Assembly: GCA_965261975.1 (NCBI GenBank)
Contig: CBDHEC010000039.1
Span: 1 to 16,203 of the forward strand
Reading direction: 5' to 3'
DNA from: Alphaproteobacteria bacterium
GTDB taxonomy: Bacteria > Pseudomonadota > Alphaproteobacteria > UBA6615
Length of the DNA stretch: 16,203 nt
A program made the translations under genes and the position numbers. Under the pieces are notes generated by a model that saw only the letters and a list, made by a program, of their open reading frames with translations, made no database searches and had not been told where the DNA came from. Positions 8,022 to 15,189 of this stretch are shown one piece after another. Numbering within the stretch: the first letter of the stretch is position 1; each line of letters begins with the position of its first letter.

Positions 8022-8942
8022 TTATTTTCCCCAGCGCAGCGCGATGGGGTCGAGGTCGGATGCGAGATCGAGCAGCGCGGTCCGGACTACGGGAGGGAGC
8101 GGCGCGATCGGGTGGCGGCAGAAATCGGACTGGATCACGCCACCTTCCTTCATCACGGCCTTCGCCGCACGGAAGCCGCACAGGCGGTTCTCGTGGTTGA
8201 TCAGCGGAAGGATACGCTCGTATATCGCCTTGGCCGTGTCCCGGTCTCCGGTGAGATGCGCAGCGATGGCCGGGCGGACGAGGTCGGGGATCATTGCCGA
8301 TGTCATGCAGCCGGCGGCGCCCGCGTCGAGATCTGCGAGCAGCGTGATGCCTTCTTCTCCATCGAAGGGGCCCTCTATGGCATCACCGCCCGCGGCGATA
8401 AGCGCGCGCAGCTTGTTGGCGGCCTGGGCACATTCGATCTTGAAGCATTTGACCGCATCGATTTCGCGGGCCATGCGGACCAGCAGGTCGACCGGGAGGT
8501 CGGTTCCCGAAAGCGGGGCGTCCTGCACCATGATGGGCAGTCCGGCCTCGCCGGCGGCGGCGAACTGATCGACGATCTGGTCGGGTGTGCCGCGCAGCAG
8601 TGCGCCGTGATAGGGCGGCATCAGCATGATCATTGCCGCGCCGAGATCCGCGGCCTGTCGCGCGCGCGCCACCACGATGTTGGTGGCGAAGTGACTGGCG
8701 GTGACGATTACCGGGACCCGGCCTGCCACATGTTCCAGCGAAAGACGGGTGAGTTGATCGCGTTCATCGTCGGACAGCAGGAACTGTTCGGAGAAGTTGG
8801 CAAGGATGCAGATCCCGTCGACACCCTGATCGATCATGCAATCGAGGACCCGCTTCATACCGTCGGGGTCGATCGCACCGGTTTCGGTGAACGGTGTCGG
8901 CGCCACGGGCCAGACGCCGCTATAGCTGTGCGTGATGCTCAT
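8022..8942 (-). CDS. DHDPS/NAL-family protein, close to L-2-keto-3-deoxyarabinonate dehydratase (Azospirillum AraD-type)
   Basis: GICILANFSEQF, MPPYHGA, IMVQDAP.SG, FKIE (Schiff-base Lys), ANKLR.LI..GGDAIEGP.DGEE.ITLLADL and LPLINHENR match my recollection of the L-KDA dehydratase subfamily rather than DapA (no GTTGE). Confidence 0.85.
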   Translation of the reverse strand: MSITHSYSGVWPVAPTPFTETGAIDPDGMKRVLDCMIDQGVDGICILANFSEQFLLSDDERDQLTRLSLEHVAGRVPVIVTASHFATNIVVARARQAADLGAAMIMLMPPYHGALLRGTPDQIVDQFAAAGEAGLPIMVQDAPLSGTDLPVDLLVRMAREIDAVKCFKIECAQAANKLRALIAAGGDAIEGPFDGEEGITLLADLDAGAAGCMTSAMIPDLVRPAIAAHLTGDRDTAKAIYERILPLINHENRLCGFRAAKAVMKEGGVIQSDFCRHPIAPLPPVVRTALLDLASDLDPIALRWGK

Positions 8943-8980
8943 GGATGCTTGATACCAAGCTCGCGCGCATATGCCCATGG

Positions 8981-9010
8981 TTGACAGTGTCTTGGGCCGG
9001 GACGTTCAAT
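8981..9010 (+). promoter_or_regulatory. Candidate sigma70 promoter of the amidohydrolase operon
   Basis: A perfect TTGACA at 8981-8986 with TTCAAT at 9005-9010 (18-nt spacer), in the divergent intergenic region. Confidence 0.45.
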
Positions 9011-9041
9011 GCGATCTTCTTCAAGGGGCGGGAGCCAGGCC

Positions 9042-10304
9042 ATGCGTGAGACGCTATTCACCAATGTTTCCGTGATCGACGGGACCGGCGACGAACCCTT
9101 CGACGGATCGGTTCTGGTCAAGGGCAACCGGGTCGTATCCGTGACGCGCGGCGGCACGACTGAAAGTGGCGATGCGGTTGTCGTCGATGGCGGCGGGGCG
9201 ACCCTGATGCCGGGACTGATTGATTCCCACGCTCATCTGAGCTTTCTCGATGCAGCCACATTGGGCGATATCAACAACCTCTCGGCCGAACGGCACATAC
9301 TCGAAACCGCGAAAAACGCGCGAAAAATGCTCGATCATGGTTTCACCAGCATGTTCAGCGGTAGTTCCGCACGGGACAATCTCGAAGTGGCTCTGCGTGA
9401 CGCAATCAACGCCGGTGATATCCCGGGACCACGGCTCAAGGCGGCGACCCGCCAGATGACGGTCACCGGCGGATTCGGCGATATCGGTCAGGACGACGCC
9501 TATTCGCTGGTTCTCGATGGGCCCGAAGCGTTTCGCGCAGCCTGCCGGGCTGCGGCAAGGGCCGGGGTGGACACGTTCAAGATCGTGCCGTCGGCCCCGG
9601 GTTCCGGGCCGGACCCATTGGCGGAAGATACGGCGATGTCCGACGACGAGGTGGCCGCCGTTTGCGCGGTTGCGCGGCAACGCAACCGCATGGTTGCAGC
9701 CCATGCGCGTTCGGCCGAGGCCGTGAAGATGTGCGTGCGCAACGGCGTTCAGGTGATTTATCACGCGACTCTCGCCGACGAAGAGGCCAAGGACCTGCTC
9801 GAAGCCGAGCGCGAGCGGGTATTTGTGGCGCCGGCCATGGGCCTGCCCTATGGCCGCCTGCACGAAGGTGTGAAATACGGCGTCAGCACGGATGATTTCA
9901 CCCGCGCGCGGGCTGAAAGGGAAATCGAGACGGTGAGCGTCACGATGGCCGATCTGCGCAAGCGAGGCATCCGGGTGCTGCCGGGCGGGGATTATGGTTT
10001 CAAATGGAACCCACACGGCCGAAACGCCCGTGATCTGCAGATGTTCGTCGAACTGTTCGACTTCACGCCGCTGGAAGCCATTCAGGCCGCGACACAGGCC
10101 GGTGGCGAGCTGATGGGCGAACCGGGCCGGCTGGGTCTGATCGCGGAAGGTGCCTTAGCCGATCTGCTACTGGTGGACGGTGACCCGTCGCGCGACATAG
10201 CATTGTTGCAGGAACCGGCAAGTTTCCTGGCGATCATGAAGGACGGGGTCTTTCACAAGGCACCGCAGCATCAGCAGGCAGGACAGCAAGTCGCTGCCGA
10301 ATAA
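9042..10304 (+). CDS. Amidohydrolase superfamily, binuclear metal-dependent hydrolase (Xaa-Pro dipeptidase/prolidase-like subgroup)
   Basis: Motifs include TLMPGLIDSHAH (HxH), IPGPRL, TFKI (carboxylated Lys), AAHAR, IYHAT, PGGDYG and ADLLLVDGDP. RBS GGAG. Confidence 0.9.
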   Translation: MRETLFTNVSVIDGTGDEPFDGSVLVKGNRVVSVTRGGTTESGDAVVVDGGGATLMPGLIDSHAHLSFLDAATLGDINNLSAERHILETAKNARKMLDHGFTSMFSGSSARDNLEVALRDAINAGDIPGPRLKAATRQMTVTGGFGDIGQDDAYSLVLDGPEAFRAACRAAARAGVDTFKIVPSAPGSGPDPLAEDTAMSDDEVAAVCAVARQRNRMVAAHARSAEAVKMCVRNGVQVIYHATLADEEAKDLLEAERERVFVAPAMGLPYGRLHEGVKYGVSTDDFTRARAEREIETVSVTMADLRKRGIRVLPGGDYGFKWNPHGRNARDLQMFVELFDFTPLEAIQAATQAGGELMGEPGRLGLIAEGALADLLLVDGDPSRDIALLQEPASFLAIMKDGVFHKAPQHQQAGQQVAAE

Positions 10305-10344
10305 CAAGCGCGTAGGCCGGGCTGCGGGCGAGGGGGAAGAGGCA

Positions 10345-11322
10345 ATGAAACTGGTGACATTCACGGCCGGCGGCGGCGACCCGCGGGTCGGCGCATTGAC
10401 CGATGACGAGACACAGGTCGTCGATCTCGCGGCAACCGATAATCAGCCCTGTTTCCAGACAATGCTGGCGCTGATCGAGGCCGGTGATCCGGCGGTGGCC
10501 CGTGCGCGTGAAATTGTCGCCGCATCGGGCGATGATTCGGGGGGTGGTGCAGTGTTCCCGCTAGCGGATGTCGACCTCTTAACCCCGGTTCCACAGCCGC
10601 CGCAGATTCGTGATTTCTTGTGTTTTGAGAGACACTTATTGAATTCTTTTGACATGTTGCGGAAGAAAAAGGCACAGGCCGAGCCGGACCCGGAGGAAGC
10701 CCTCAAGCGCTTCGAGGCCGAGGGTGCATTTGCCATCCCGCAAATCTGGTACGACCAGCCGCTTTTCTACAAGCCGAGCCGCCTTGGCGTGATCGGGACC
10801 GGCACGGACGTGATCTGGCCGTTTTTCTCGGAAATGCTGGACTACGAGATGGAGTTTGGCTGCTGGCTGGGCAAGGGTGGCAAGGACATCGACGCCAAGG
10901 ACGCCACGGACATGATCTTCGGCTACTCGATCTTCAATGATATCTCCGCGCGTGACACCCAGGCCTATGAGATGCCGGCGGGTTTTGGGCCGGGCAAGGG
11001 CAAGGATTTCGACACGGGCAACATCATCGGTCCCTGCATCGTCACCGCCGACGCATTCGATCCCTACAACGCCGAGATGATCGTCCGGATTAACGGTGAG
11101 GAGCGCTCACGGGGCAATTCGGGCGAGATGTATCACAAGTTCGAAGACTGCATCGCCCACACGTCGCGGGCCGAAACGGTGTTCCCGGGCGAGTTTTTTG
11201 CGTCCGGCACGGTCGGCTGGGGTTGCGGGCTCGAGCATGACAAATATCTCTCGGACGGGGATGTCATCGAGCTCGAGGTCACCGGCATCGGCATCCTTAA
11301 GAACCGCGTCGTCAAAAAATAG
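10345..11322 (+). CDS. Fumarylacetoacetate hydrolase (FAH) family protein
   Basis: Motifs include IRDFLCFERH, P.FYK, LDYEMEFG, IFGYSIFNDISARD.Q, GKGKDF, GPCIVT, PGE..ASGTVG.G.GLE and VIELEV.GIG.L.N.V. Confidence 0.92.
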   Translation: MKLVTFTAGGGDPRVGALTDDETQVVDLAATDNQPCFQTMLALIEAGDPAVARAREIVAASGDDSGGGAVFPLADVDLLTPVPQPPQIRDFLCFERHLLNSFDMLRKKKAQAEPDPEEALKRFEAEGAFAIPQIWYDQPLFYKPSRLGVIGTGTDVIWPFFSEMLDYEMEFGCWLGKGGKDIDAKDATDMIFGYSIFNDISARDTQAYEMPAGFGPGKGKDFDTGNIIGPCIVTADAFDPYNAEMIVRINGEERSRGNSGEMYHKFEDCIAHTSRAETVFPGEFFASGTVGWGCGLEHDKYLSDGDVIELEVTGIGILKNRVVKK

Positions 11323-11363
11323 ACGATCGGCGCCTTCGGTCCGCCGCAAAACAGTATCCCGAA

Positions 11364-11405
11364 TTGATGTAACGCAAAGGTGCCTTGTCAGATCGCCTCG
11401 ACAAT
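11364..11405 (+). promoter_or_regulatory. FNR/FixK-type box with -10 element (class II promoter geometry)
   Basis: TTGA-TGTAAC-GCAA (11364-11377) fits TTG(A/C)-N6-(T/G)CAA. GACAAT at 11400-11405 would put the box centre at about -41.5. Confidence 0.55.
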
Positions 11406-11464
11406 TTTCGAGATGGCCGGTGAGCGTCTTGCCGTTGTCCAACAACAAACACCCGGGGGAAACG

Positions 11465-12646
11465 ATGGACGAAATTTTCATTCAGAACGAAGAACAGCGA
11501 GCGATCCTCGATTCCGTGCGCCGTTTCGTCGAGGAGGAAGTGACGCCGCGCGCTGCAGAACTCGATGCGCAGAAGGACCCGGAGGACAGTTTCTCGTGGG
11601 AGATTGTCGAGGCGGCCGACGCGTTCGGCCTGCGCACCATGAGCCTGTCGGAAGAGTATGGCGGCATGGACACCGACATGCTGACAACCGCGATGGTGAT
11701 CGAGGAGTTGGCGCGTGGTGACCTCGGTATCTCGGTCGTCTTCGCCCAGACGCTCAAGATCGGCAAGCATATGGAACGGGTGCTCAACGAGGAGCAGCGC
11801 GCGCGCACCCTGATCCCGTTTCGCGACGACCCCCGCGCAATCCTCAGTATTTGCGGAACCGAACCCGAGAACGGCTCGAACGGCATCGTCGGCTACCCTG
11901 CGCCCTACACAACGCGCGCGGTGAAGACCGAGGGGGGCTGGATCGCGAACGGGATGAAGCATTTCATCTCGAACTCGAACCGTTCTCGCTTCTTCCTGGT
12001 ACACATGCAGACAGACCCGGAAAAATCGATGCTCGACGGGGCCACCGTCTTTCTGCTCGAGCGCGGCCATCCGGGTTTCACGGTCGGGCGTGTGCACGAC
12101 AAGATGGGCGAACGGCTCGCGAACAACTCGGAACTGCTGTTCACCGATTGTTTTATCCCCGACGAGAATGTTGTCGGCGAGGTCAATGAGGGACATATCG
12201 TCCGCCGCACATTCGGCCCGTCGAGCAACATCTTCGCCGCCTGCAGTATCCTCGGCGTCGCGGTCGCGCTCTACGAGAAGTCGCTCGACTGGGCGCAGAC
12301 GCGCATCCAGGGCGGCAAGCGGTTGATTGAACATGATGGAATCCGGGCACAGATCGCGGAGATGAAGATGCTCATCGACGCTTCGCGATCCTATACCCAC
12401 CGCGCCGCGCACCTTGCCGATCATCCCGACGAGGGCTGGGATCCGTCGCTGGGCTCGCTGCCCAAGGTCATGGCGTCCCAGGCGGCCTGGCAGATCGCGA
12501 CCTGGACGCTCGAGATTCACGGTGGCCACGGATACATGAAGGAAGCCGGCGTGGAGAAGCTGGTACGCGACGCCGCTGCATTTCTGCATTCCGACGGGGT
12601 CAACCGCGCCTTGCTACTACGTGCGGCGAACTTCATCGACACATAG
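11465..12646 (+). CDS. Acyl-CoA dehydrogenase superfamily flavoprotein with an atypical active site, 393 aa
   Basis: Motifs include EEYGG, IEELARGD, TEPENGSN, NG.KHFISN, KMGER, R.QGGK.L, IHGGHGY and VEKLVRDA. HSDGVN stands in place of IYEGT. ATG follows GGGGGAA. Confidence 0.9.
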   Translation: MDEIFIQNEEQRAILDSVRRFVEEEVTPRAAELDAQKDPEDSFSWEIVEAADAFGLRTMSLSEEYGGMDTDMLTTAMVIEELARGDLGISVVFAQTLKIGKHMERVLNEEQRARTLIPFRDDPRAILSICGTEPENGSNGIVGYPAPYTTRAVKTEGGWIANGMKHFISNSNRSRFFLVHMQTDPEKSMLDGATVFLLERGHPGFTVGRVHDKMGERLANNSELLFTDCFIPDENVVGEVNEGHIVRRTFGPSSNIFAACSILGVAVALYEKSLDWAQTRIQGGKRLIEHDGIRAQIAEMKMLIDASRSYTHRAAHLADHPDEGWDPSLGSLPKVMASQAAWQIATWTLEIHGGHGYMKEAGVEKLVRDAAAFLHSDGVNRALLLRAANFIDT

Positions 12647-12736
12647 CCTACCAGGGCGCCAGGGACCTTCAGGAACAGCGAAGCCTTGCGCTAAGCTCGT
12701 TCGAACATGGCGGACCAACAGCGGGAGTGACGGAGA

Positions 12737-13711
12737 ATGGCGAAGTGGCAATACACAAAGGGTCTCCACGAGGTCGGCAACGGGCTCTACGCCTACCTGC
12801 TACCCGATGGTGGATGGGGCTGGTCGAACGCGGGCCTGGTCGTCGATGGCGAGGAGACGGTGCTGATCGATACGCTGTTCGATCTGCCGCTGACCCGCGA
12901 CATGCTTGCCACGATGCGCGATGCGGTGCCGGCGGCCAAGGATATCGGCCGGCTGATCAACACCCATGCCAACGCCGACCATGTCTGGGGCAACCAGCTG
13001 GTCGCGGACGCCGAGATCATCGCCTCGACGGGGTGCGCCGAGGAGTTCGATCACTTTCCACCGTCGCGGCTCGAGGAAATGATGGCGAATGCCAAGAATC
13101 TCGGGGTTCTGGGTGAGTTCCTTGAGCATTGCTTCGCGCCGTTTGATTTCTCGGGCATCGAACTCACACCGCCGACAACGACTTTCGACGACCGGATGAG
13201 CCTGAAATGCGGAGACCGGGAGATCGAGCTCTACAATGTCGGCCCGGCCCATACGCGCGGCGATGTCCTGACCCATCTACCCGGGGATCGACTGATCTTC
13301 ACCGGCGACATCATCTTCAACGGCGGCCATCCGGTGATCTGGGACGGCCCGATTTCCAACTGGCAGAAGGCCTGCGACATCATCCTTTCACTCGACGCAG
13401 ACGTGGTGGTGCCGGGCCATGGGCCGGTGACCGACAAGGCCCATGTGCGAGTTTTCAAGGGTTATCTCGACTATATCGAGGCCGAGGCGCGCAAATGTTT
13501 CGACGCGGGCCTGTCGGAGTGGGACGCGGCGTGTGAAATCTCGCTGGCGGACTACGAAACCTGGGGCGATGCGGAGCGTTTCATCGGCAATGTCTATGCG
13601 CTCTACCGCGAATTTCGCGACGACGGTGCCGAGCCGGAAGTGATGCCGGTATTCGAGGAAATGGCGCGTTTCCACAAGGAGGTCATCCTGCCTCGTCTCG
13701 CGGCTGGTTAA
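12737..13711 (+). CDS. Metallo-beta-lactamase-fold hydrolase (cyclase-like subgroup)
   Basis: Motifs include G.WGWSNAGL, LIDTLFD, INTHANADHVWGN, PAHTRGD, FTGDI and VVPGHG. RBS GGAG. Confidence 0.9.
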   Translation: MAKWQYTKGLHEVGNGLYAYLLPDGGWGWSNAGLVVDGEETVLIDTLFDLPLTRDMLATMRDAVPAAKDIGRLINTHANADHVWGNQLVADAEIIASTGCAEEFDHFPPSRLEEMMANAKNLGVLGEFLEHCFAPFDFSGIELTPPTTTFDDRMSLKCGDREIELYNVGPAHTRGDVLTHLPGDRLIFTGDIIFNGGHPVIWDGPISNWQKACDIILSLDADVVVPGHGPVTDKAHVRVFKGYLDYIEAEARKCFDAGLSEWDAACEISLADYETWGDAERFIGNVYALYREFRDDGAEPEVMPVFEEMARFHKEVILPRLAAG

Positions 13712-13794
13712 TGGCACGCGAATGTGAGCGAAGGATTTGGCTCAACCAACTGAAACATAACAATAATCACATTAACCAAATCGCATATTCTTCG

Positions 13795-13824
13795 TTGTAA
13801 CCTTTGCCGTTGAAGCACTACCAT
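13795..13824 (+). promoter_or_regulatory. Candidate promoter of the RTX gene, with an AT-rich upstream element
   Basis: TTGTAA-N18-TACCAT. The stretch 13741-13800 is 19/60 G+C. Confidence 0.35.
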
Positions 13825-13919
13825 CGGGTGGTGTTTTCACGCGGGATTACCGTGGGCCGGCGTGCCCGCGGCGGGGACGTGATCACTTTGCGTCTTGAAA
13901 CGGGTTTTGCAGAGGCGAA

Positions 13920-14456
13920 ATGGCACGACGGCGCGGCACACGCGGAGACGACCATCTGATTGGCACGAGTGGCCGTGACTACATCGATGGCCGCGACGGC
14001 GATGACACGATCATTGGCGGCGGCGGTAACGACAAGCTGAAGGGTAGTCGCGGCGACGATTCAATCGATGGTGGTGCGGGCGACGACTGGATCGACGGCG
14101 GCCCAGGCGACGATACAATCAATGGCGGTTCCGGCGATGACCGGATTTGGGCCGGATCGGGCGATGACACGGTCCAGGGCAGCGCCCAGAACGACGAATT
14201 CACCGGCGGCGGTGGCGACGATCTTTTCCAGTTCGTCGACGGCGACGGTGCGGACACGATCAATGACTTCACGGCGGGTGCCGGCACCGATGACCGGCTG
14301 GACGTTACCGATTTCGGTTTTACCGATCTTGCAGACCTCTTGTCGTCTGCGATCGACATCGGCCCGCATGTCGCCATCAATCTGGATACCGACGACAGCG
14401 TGCTGCTGATCGGCGTGCAGAAGGCCGACCTGCATGAGGACGACTTCCTTTTCTAG
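13920..14456 (+). CDS. Small RTX (hemolysin-type Ca2+-binding repeat) protein, likely type I secreted
   Basis: 11 consecutive GGxGxDxUx-type nonapeptides, then DTINDFTAG..DRLDV and C-terminal DDFLF. No Sec signal. RBS GAGG. Confidence 0.88.
   Translation: MARRRGTRGDDHLIGTSGRDYIDGRDGDDTIIGGGGNDKLKGSRGDDSIDGGAGDDWIDGGPGDDTINGGSGDDRIWAGSGDDTVQGSAQNDEFTGGGGDDLFQFVDGDGADTINDFTAGAGTDDRLDVTDFGFTDLADLLSSAIDIGPHVAINLDTDDSVLLIGVQKADLHEDDFLF
13935..14231 (+). repeat. 11 x 27-nt degenerate coding repeat (RTX nonapeptides)
   Basis: GTRGDDHLI GTSGRDYID GRDGDDTII GGGGNDKLK GSRGDDSID GGAGDDWID GGPGDDTIN GGSGDDRIW AGSGDDTVQ GSAQNDEFT GGGGDDLFQ. Confidence 0.9.
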
Positions 14457-14462
14457 GGATAC

Positions 14463-15164
14463 CTACGCATCCAGCTCCTGATAGTGCCGGAAGATGCCGT
14501 GTTCGTTGAACGGGATGCGCCGGCCCGAGGCCGCATAGGCCACAATATTGGGCCGGGCCGCGATTTTTCCATGCAGCGCGACGATGCCGGGATAGTCCGG
14601 TTCCAGCCGGGCCGAGGTCCTGGGAAAGGCGAAGCGCATGCCTTCGATTAACTGGAACAATGAGAAGTCCACGTGGGTGAGCCCGCCCGCCACCAGGTAT
14701 CCGCCATTCGCGACGATGGCCCGCTCGAGATATCCATAGAATTTGGGAACCCGGGTGTCGCGGAAGCTCGGAGCGCGGCGCAGGGCCTCTTCGCGTTGGT
14801 CCTCGTAATAGAACTCCTTGGCCAACGGGTGGTGTACGTCATGGGCCTCGACCAGGAAATCGGCCAACAGCATGGACAGGCGCAGCGCTTCGCGCCGTGC
14901 GGCTTCGTCGGCGGGTGCCAGCCCGTGTTTCGCGCCGAGATAATCCATGATCAGCGGGGTCTGGGACACGATGGTGTCGCCGTCCTTCAGGATCGGCGGC
15001 GCGAAGTGACCGGTCTCCGCGACGAGCGCGAGCAACGCATCTCGTCCGCCACTTTCGGGTTCGCGGATCACATCGACATAGTCTGCCCCGACATCCTCCA
15101 GCAACAGGCGCACGAATTCGCCGCGCCCCTGGATCGTCGGCCAGTAGTAGAGTTCATATGCCAT
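14463..15164 (-). CDS. Glutathione S-transferase (Tyr-type, sigma/alpha/mu-like bacterial clade)
   Basis: Motifs include YELYYWP.IQGRGEFVRL, FAPP.LKDG...SQT, E.HD.HHP, LT.VD.SLFQ and R.PFNEHGIFRHY.ELD. RBS GGAG. Confidence 0.92.
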   Translation of the reverse strand: MAYELYYWPTIQGRGEFVRLLLEDVGADYVDVIREPESGGRDALLALVAETGHFAPPILKDGDTIVSQTPLIMDYLGAKHGLAPADEAARREALRLSMLLADFLVEAHDVHHPLAKEFYYEDQREEALRRAPSFRDTRVPKFYGYLERAIVANGGYLVAGGLTHVDFSLFQLIEGMRFAFPRTSARLEPDYPGIVALHGKIAARPNIVAYAASGRRIPFNEHGIFRHYQELDA

Positions 15165-15189
15165 CGTTGCTCTCCGTAACCCCGGTGTC

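Noticed and set aside
8022-8942. dapA (lysine biosynthesis)
   Set aside because: It lacks GTTGE and has the ANFSEQF, QDAP and FKIE motifs of the L-KDA dehydratase subfamily.
12737-13711. Antibiotic-resistance metallo-beta-lactamase
   Set aside because: There is no signal peptide, no B1/B2 Cys ligand (it has TGD), an HxNxDH motif and a metabolic context.
13712-13727. TGGCAC as a sigma54 -24 element
   Set aside because: The -12 position reads TGTG rather than TTGC, so the required GC is missing.
13757-13802. Full CtrA site TTAA-N7-TTAA
   Set aside because: Only half-sites are present and the spacing does not fit.
13935-14231. 27-nt periodicity as a CRISPR array or VNTR
   Set aside because: The repeats are degenerate, in-frame RTX codons, with no spacer/repeat alternation and no cas genes.
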